NCBI GenBank assembly: GCA_951406725.2
Contig: OX597827.1
Span: forward strand, 9,300,001 to 9,364,000
Origin: Octopus vulgaris
Lineage: Eukaryota
Reading direction: 5' to 3'
DNA: 64,000 nucleotides
In this document: positions 56,531 through 64,000 of the stretch, piece after piece
How the letters are laid out: each line of letters begins with the position of its first letter
Position numbering within the stretch: position 1 is the stretch's first letter
Notes under the pieces: model-generated
The model's database searches: none
Told to the model about the DNA's origin: nothing
Seen by the model: only the letters and a program-made list of their open reading frames with translations
Translations under genes and position numbers: made by a program

Positions 56531-58054
56531 ATACATGTACACACATGCACGCTTAACTGCTTTCACATACATACACATGTATGCAAGCAAAAACTGACAT
56601 ATGCACACATTTGTACATACACACCACATATACACAAAACACCTAGTGAAATAATCACATACAGAAACACATACTTTCACACTGACAACTACTTATACAC
56701 AAATATCCACAAGCACACATACACATATGCACACATGTGCTTACTAAACCTATTTGAACACTTGTGTACACACATGCAGATACCCACGTCAGATGCAGGT
56801 TTCTTATTTATAATTTTAACAAGTTTTCTGGTGTTGGTTCCTCAATGCCACAAAAAATTTCAAAGAGCAACTGTAATATGTCACTCAATTTAAAATCCCC
56901 ATTTTACCGTTAGGGGGACTTTAGAGGTCTTCCTTCTGTAGCAAGCACTTGGATCAGCTCTCCAATATGAGGATAAAAATTGTCCCTTGATGTACTGCTT
57001 CTGACAATATCTTATTTTATTTAGTACTCCGGAGAGCCAGAGGGCATCGATAAAAAGATTTCCGAGTCGAGAAACTTAATTCTAGATAGTGTAGGGCACA
57101 AAACTTATGAGGTATCATTGGAAAAAAAAAAAAAAAAAAAAAAAAAAAAGAATTCTGAATAGAGAAACTATTTCTTGATTGTACAGAGACACAAACTTGT
57201 GAATAATTATCTCAGAAGGCTGTTTTATCAAATGACGTATAATTCTGTATCTTCTCTCCGAATTTTATGACTGGTGCCTTTCTCTATTGAGCTGAAGATT
57301 TTGAGAGTCCCATCCAATATAATATGCTTCCAGCTGGTTTAATTACAATGATTGATGTTATGAGTAAAGAAAACTCATAAGCCAGGAGCACTTTTCTTCT
57401 TCTTCTCCTTCATTACAACATTTATCTTCGACACGATGAATGGCCACATAAAAAAATAACAAGAATCAATGTAATGGACAATTCTTCCTCCTTTAGCCAA
57501 TATCTGTGGAATTTGTTCCAACCTTGACCCCTACCCATCACCTCCTCCTCACTCATAAACTACAAATTTTATTCTTCTCAAAGACACAAATCTTTCATAT
57601 TATGTTTCTAATTCATCTCAGTTGTCCAGGCTATACACATATAATATTCCAACTTCTTTCTGACATGATTGAACTTGCAGAGAATCAAATCTCTCTAACA
57701 CTTACCTATTTCGCTTGGACATTAGCAATAAAGACTTCCAGTTAATCTGGCTCAAGGGTTCCTTCCCTACCAATCCTGTCATTTCTCCTGCTGTCTCCTC
57801 TACTACTTTCCAAACCGGCCATTAAAGGAGCTTTTACGTAGTAGTTGTGCATCTAGCTAGAAGCAACAGCGTAATCTCCCTCAAAATCGTACCATATCAC
57901 TTTAGAAATGGAAACCCACATCTTACAACAAAGTTCATACACTGGAAGAAATAAAGTTGTACTGGTCATGGTTGGAATTCTGTTGATCATATGTCTGCTC
58001 TGTCTGACATTATCTGAGCCTTAAGCAACAAGAAGCCCTTACAAAACATGTAAA

Positions 58055-58312
58055 AAAAGTAAATGTTCCTTCTCGAGCCATGCCAGGCTCATAAGGGCTG
58101 GTTTCCTGGTTTCAGTGGCATAGAAATTCCCAACCTGGATGGGACGCCGGTCCGTCACAGGATTACTCATTCTTGCCAGCTGAGTGGACTGAAGTAACGT
58201 GAAAATGAAGTGTTTTGCTCAAGAACACAATGCATCGCCCAGTCCAGGAATCGAAACCACAACCTTACGATCATGAGTTCAACACCCTAACCACTAAGCC
58301 ACGCGCCTCCAC
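58055..58312 (-). mobile_element. tRNA-derived SINE sharing the D/E head, with a third tail type
   Basis: Minus strand GGCGCGTGGCTTAGTGGTTAGGGTG...GGTTTCGATTCCTGG; core shared with 15345-15484 and 26598-26743. Confidence 0.8.
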
Positions 58313-58439
58313 AACAAAACATGTCCAGTTGCATACCTGTGTTTTAATTTTCGAAATAATAAATAAAACATTCAGTAAAACAACTTTCAATTTAATTTTT
58401 TCCTAACACAGATACAAAGCCACAAATTTGGAGTCGCAG

Positions 58440-58760
58440 TTTAACTGATTAGAGTGTTGCTGGTACATTTTATCAAAACCTGAAGAGTGACAGATGAAAG
58501 TAAACTCTGCAGAATTTGAACTCAAAATGCAAAGAGCAAAAACAAATTATGATTTCAAATTTTGGTACAAGGCCAGCAATTTCAGGGGTGTAGCTAATTT
58601 GATAACATTGACCCTATTGATTGGCTGGTTCTTATTTTATCGACACCAAAATGATGAAAGGCATAGTTGACCTCAGCACAAGTTGAACTCAAAGTAAAAA
58701 CAGATGCAATGTGGCTAAGTATTTTGGCCCCAGCATATTAAGGATTCTATTAGCTTTCTA
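58440..58760 (-). mobile_element. Two old SINE B-related fragments
   Basis: gaatttgaactca and ttttatcgacacc...atgaaaggc motifs. Confidence 0.55.
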
Positions 58761-58843
58761 CCTTAGCAAGAATAATATTACAAGTCATTCCATCTGATAC
58801 TCTAATAATTCTGCCAAATCTTCACTTTAATTTTTCAACTTAA

Positions 58844-59481
58844 ACCTTTAGCATTTAAATTGCTTATATCCAGCCCTAAATATTCTACCTGTTTTATGTT
58901 CAGACTATTAAAATCCAGCCTCTCACATCTACTCTACAATGTCATTCTACAAATATACAATTGCATCATTGAAATCTCAAAGTTACAAAATAATGCATGA
59001 TTAATTCAAAAGGCGTAGGAGTGGCTGTGTGGTAAGTAGCTTGCTTATGAACCACATGGTTCTGGGTTCAGTCCCACTGCGTGGCACCTTGGGCAAGTGT
59101 CTTCTACTATAGCCTTGGGCGACCAAAGCCTTGTGAGTGGATTTGGTAGATGGAAACTGAAAGAAGCCCGTCGTATATATGTATATATATATGTATGTGT
59201 GTATGTGTATATGTTTGTGTGTCTGTGTTTGTCCCCCTAGCATTACTTGACAACCGATGCTGGTGTGTTTATGTCCCCTTCACTTAGCAGTTCGGCCAAA
59301 GAGACCGATAGAATAAGTACTGGGCTTACAAAAGAATAAGTCCTGGGGTCGATTTGCTCGACTAAAAGGTTGTGCTCCAGCATGGCCACAGTCAAATGAC
59401 TGAAACAAGTAAAAGAGTAAAGAGAGAATAATGTAAATTAGCGAGTATTAAATTTGACAGAGTGATCTGAATGCTAAGAGT
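58844..59481 (-). mobile_element. Diverged TTAA MITE interrupted by SINE A
   Basis: Reverse complement of the 51842 element; TTAA at both ends. Confidence 0.7.
59012..59428 (+). mobile_element. SINE family A, full length, nested in the MITE
   Basis: Head and tail match other copies. Confidence 0.9.
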
Positions 59482-60029
59482 TTAATAATTTTCAAACATA
59501 GGTGCAAGGCCAGAAATTTGGGGAAGATTTGTTAATTAATTGATTTCAGTAATCAACTGGCATTTGACTTAATAGTACTTGGAAGTATGAGAAGAAAAAG
59601 CCAACCTTCATATCATTTGAACACCCAAGTTAAAACATCCCTCAAATGAAACAATCCCCACGTTCCTCTTTGTACACCTACCGAATGACTTTTCTCACTG
59701 CCTGTGTGTTTAAACATTTTCATATATGCTACCCTTGTGGCAAATAACAGAAAAAAAAAACATTTTTATTTTCTTATTGCACTCAGTATAAAAAACCACC
59801 CTGTGCTTTTATAGATTTGTCTTTGTAATATTCCCTCTCAGATGCCCTTGTGGCTATAAAAAGATCATTTTTTTTTTATCATCATCATCATCATCATCAT
59901 CAACATTATTGTTATTATTATGGCTATTATTATCTTTGTTGTTGTTGTTTTTTTTCTTTCAAATAGAAAATGATATTGCCCTTGCTAAAAAATAGGTGAA
60001 GAGAAATAAAGTAGGTTTTAATAAGTGGT

Positions 60030-60108
60030 ATACATACGTACACACATGCATACATACATACACACACATGTGTGTATATGCACGTATACATACACAGACA
60101 TATATTAC

Positions 60109-60151
<43 letters not shown>

Positions 60152-60345
60152 TTGTGTGTGTATGTACAAGCCAACATACACATATATGCATTTATGCACA
60201 TGTACATATATATAATATATAGTATATATATATAAAGGTATATATATATATATATATACATATTTATGTATGTATGTATGTATGTATGTATACATATACA
60301 CACATATGTCTACATATACATATATCTATGTGTATATATCTATGT

Positions 60346-60415
<70 letters not shown>

Positions 60416-60455
60416 GTATATGTATATGCACACACACACACACACACATATATAT
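60030..60455. repeat. (TA)n/(CA)n block
   Basis: Visible simple repeats. Confidence 0.9.
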
Positions 60456-60996
60456 GAGGGGGGTTTTTTTTGTCTTTTTGCTTTGTTTATCATGAATGTG
60501 TCCTTTTATAGAAGGCGAAATTGCTCTTAAATGAAGCACTTTTAATACAGAGTTTCTAAAATAATGGTGACACCTAAGCAAACTTTGCTTTGAAGGCTGG
60601 CAAAGGTTAGTGTGATAAAATATAAAACAATGCCAGCCAAGCAGCAAACCATTCTACTTCCCCCCACAACACTCCCCCAATCCCACCACCCCCTACTGTT
60701 GATATTATGTTTGAGTTTTACAAAGATAAAATAATAATAAATAAAATGAAGGGAAAAGAATAGAGAGAGATAGAGAGAGGGAAACGTGAATGGGAGACAG
60801 TATAAAAGTATATGGGAGAGAGGTGGGAGGTATATGGAGAGAGGTGGAGGTGGAGGTGGGGGTGTAAGAGGGGGTGAAGGTGGTGGGGAAGATGAAATAG
60901 TGGATTCCTTCTTTATATAGTTAGTGGCCAAATACAATAATTGAATATCCCCAAATATTAAAAAAAAGACAGACAAGAGAGAAAGGGGTGAAGAAA

Positions 60997-61376
<380 letters not shown>

Positions 61377-61506
61377 AAAAGAGGGGATGGAAAAGAAAGA
61401 GAATAATGAAAGAGAACTAAAGGAAGACAAAACATGATTAAAGAGATGAAGAGACACGTTATTAAGAGGAAATGAGCAGAAATAAAAAAAAGATAAAAAA
61501 TGAGGT

Positions 61507-61725
<219 letters not shown>

Positions 61726-61943
61726 TATCTATCTATCATTTTGTCTGTGTGTGTGTCTCTCTCTCTTGCCATACACACACACACATATACATACACATAC
61801 AGAAATGGAAAGGAAGTCAAAAGGAGGTCAGTGAGAGGAGAGAATGAGAGACACAGGTAAAATGAAAGTGAGAATGAGTAACGTGAGTCTTATGTGTGTG
61901 TGTGTGTGAGTATGTATGAGAACTCTATAAGATATCAATAGCC

Positions 61944-62064
61944 ATGGCTGAAACAAAGCTGATTAAATCCAAATTGTTGGCACTGACACATGGTAGTTCT
62001 ATTTTGGAAGAAAGTGAACCCTTCTTGAGAAGAGATGAGACTTTATTGAAAAGAAGTGGTGAAA
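61944..62064 (+). CDS. Weak candidate first coding exon (MAETKLIKSKLLALTHGSSILEESEPFLKRDETLLKRSGE)
   Basis: gccATGG context, 40 open codons, GTAAGA donor-like site at 62065; no recognisable homology. Confidence 0.2.
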
Positions 62065-63292
62065 GTAAGAGAAAAGAAGAGACAAATTGTTGGTGAAATG
62101 ATTTCAAATAAAAAGACAACTGACTCGGTATTTGGCACTATAAAGTTTTAAAAGCCAACTGCACACTATCATTTTAGAAGTAGAAGCCATGCTGAAAACT
62201 TTCCGAAACAAAAGTAGTCAGTAATTTTACCATATTGCCGTGTTCTTCCAGTCTGTTGGCTAATTGGTAATAAATCCACATTTCTACAATGTAATGGTCT
62301 TAAACATACAGTTGTGAGTAATAAAACATAATTGAGTAGAAAATGTGGAAAATGTGGAAAGAGAATATTGGAAATAATGGAACGGCAATTGTTCGGAAGA
62401 CTAATTGTTTAAAGTAAATTGGATAGAAAAGATTGAGTTGAAACTTAAACTGATACCAACAAATTTTATGTGCATTTTATGACCTCAGCAAACCATCTAG
62501 GAATGTTTATAATTTGAAGAGCCATTAAATTGAATCTTGAAAACCATAAGATTGTTTTTTTTTGTTTTTTTTAAAAAAAAAATAGACATTTTTTTTTAAA
62601 AAGTAAATATTTAAATTTCATGCTGTGTTGTATTTATTGATAATTTCATTGGTAAATGGCAAGGTATCTTTTTTTTTTTCATTTAATGTGATATTTAGTT
62701 AAAACAAAACTGAATATCACCAGAAATGTTTGGGGGTGGTTTAGGCAGAAAAAACAAATTTGTAGATGGAAAATAGATTAAGCTTGAGCTATTTGTTCTG
62801 AGAGAGTACAATGTAAGAAGACTTTTAACGTTTACTCACATTTTTAGGTGCAAGACTTGTAAACAAGACTTGTAAAAGAAGGTAGTAAATTTAATTATTC
62901 TTTTGGTTTTTACTACATTGTTGCTGCTTATTTGTTGTTGTTGTTTGTGTTATTTTTTAAGCTCTATGCCAGCTCTGACTGACCAGATGTATGAATCAAG
63001 CATCAGGCCAGCACTGACCATCTTATGGTTAGCCTGTTGGACTCAATTATGAGATTGGGGGGTTTTATTTCCAGATTAGGTGAAACATTGTATCCTTGAG
63101 CTAGGCACTTCATTTCCCCTTTTTACATACCTCTAATCCATTCATTCAGCCAAAAATGAGTTGCACTTGCAGTAGTGTGGTTCATTGCAAATTATTAGCT
63201 ACTAAATCTTGCTAATGTACTCATTAGATATTAACAGCCCTTGAGGGACACTGGATGAAGATTTAAGATTGCATTATACCATGCATGCTTAC

Positions 63293-63360
63293 CTTTGTTT
63301 CCAAAACTGCTAGATGCCATACAAAAGAATTTAGTGACTATTTCTAGCACACCATGCAGC
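63293..63360 (-). CDS. Candidate exon copy 2 (LHGVLEIVTKFFCMASSSFGNK)
   Basis: AAG|GTAAGC donor, ttttaag acceptor, open frame; paralogous to 63559-63611. Confidence 0.35.
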
Positions 63361-63558
63361 CTTAAAAATTCTCCTTCATTTCCATGTTGGTGCTTATTTT
63401 ACTGATATTGATAAAATGATGGGCAAATTGACCCTTTAGAAATTGAAATCTATATGAAGAAATGAAACCATCCAAGAATATTTATTTCATTATTTCACTG
63501 TCTTAGCTGACCGTTCCCAATCTAACTCTCATCTATGGTCATTTCAATGCATCCTTAC

Positions 63559-63611
63559 CTTTGTTTTCAAAACTGCAAGATGCCATACAAAGGAGTTTAG
63601 TAATTAGAAAC
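63559..63611 (-). CDS. Candidate exon copy 1 (FLITKLLCMASCSFENK)
   Basis: AAG|GTAAGG donor, pyrimidine-rich ttttgcatctcttaag acceptor, open frame, same phase as copy 2. Confidence 0.4.
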
Positions 63612-63867
63612 CTTAAGAGATGCAAAACAGGAACAAATTCGGAAATAAGTTCCTTATTGTTTTATAAATGTTTTATTACAACAGAAATTATACATGTTGC
63701 ATACTATTGCTCATGCGAGTTTGTAAAAATTGTAATTTATATAACAAACAGTTATGTATGCTTAAATATTTATATTTGCTCACTAACACATATATACACA
63801 CACATACAAACACACAAAATTATGTGTCTACGTATACATACATATATATATATATATATCACATATA

Positions 63868-63910
<43 letters not shown>

Positions 63911-63914
<4 letters not shown>

Positions 63915-64000
63915 TCATCATCATCATCATTCGTTTAACGTCCGCTTTCCATGATTGCATGGGTTGGATGGTTCAACTGGGGTCTGGGGAGCCCGAACGC
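63911..64000 (-). mobile_element. RTE LINE 3' terminus (family C), runs off the window
   Basis: (ATC)n then cgtttaacgtccgctttccatg, as at 16797. Confidence 0.8.

Noticed and set aside
57240-57820. Possible decayed LINE endonuclease region on the minus strand
   Set aside because: Composition is suggestive but no motif could be read reliably

Overview
AT-rich, microsatellite-saturated animal DNA, probably intron or intergenic. The repeat families look like those of cephalopods (Octopus-like); that is recognition from memory, not a database result. No intact multi-exon gene is visible, and nearly all ORFs in the track are translated microsatellites. The window is a mosaic of: (i) several tRNA-derived SINE families; (ii) decayed, 5'-truncated RTE-clade LINE fragments, some ending in C2H2 fingers; (iii) Helitron/Helentron-like non-autonomous elements and a TTAA (piggyBac-type) MITE family; (iv) at least six unrelated non-coding cassettes carrying minimal type I hammerhead ribozyme motifs, mostly inserted in (TA)n tracts. 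Two of these cassettes have terminal redundancy plus a 5' inverted segment, as expected for Penelope-dependent or retrozyme-like elements copied from a circular or tandem RNA. Other highlights are SINE dimers and trimers with an identical internal junction inside a single target-site duplication (TSD), a 57-bp TSD, and a duplicated candidate exon pair on the minus strand near the right end.
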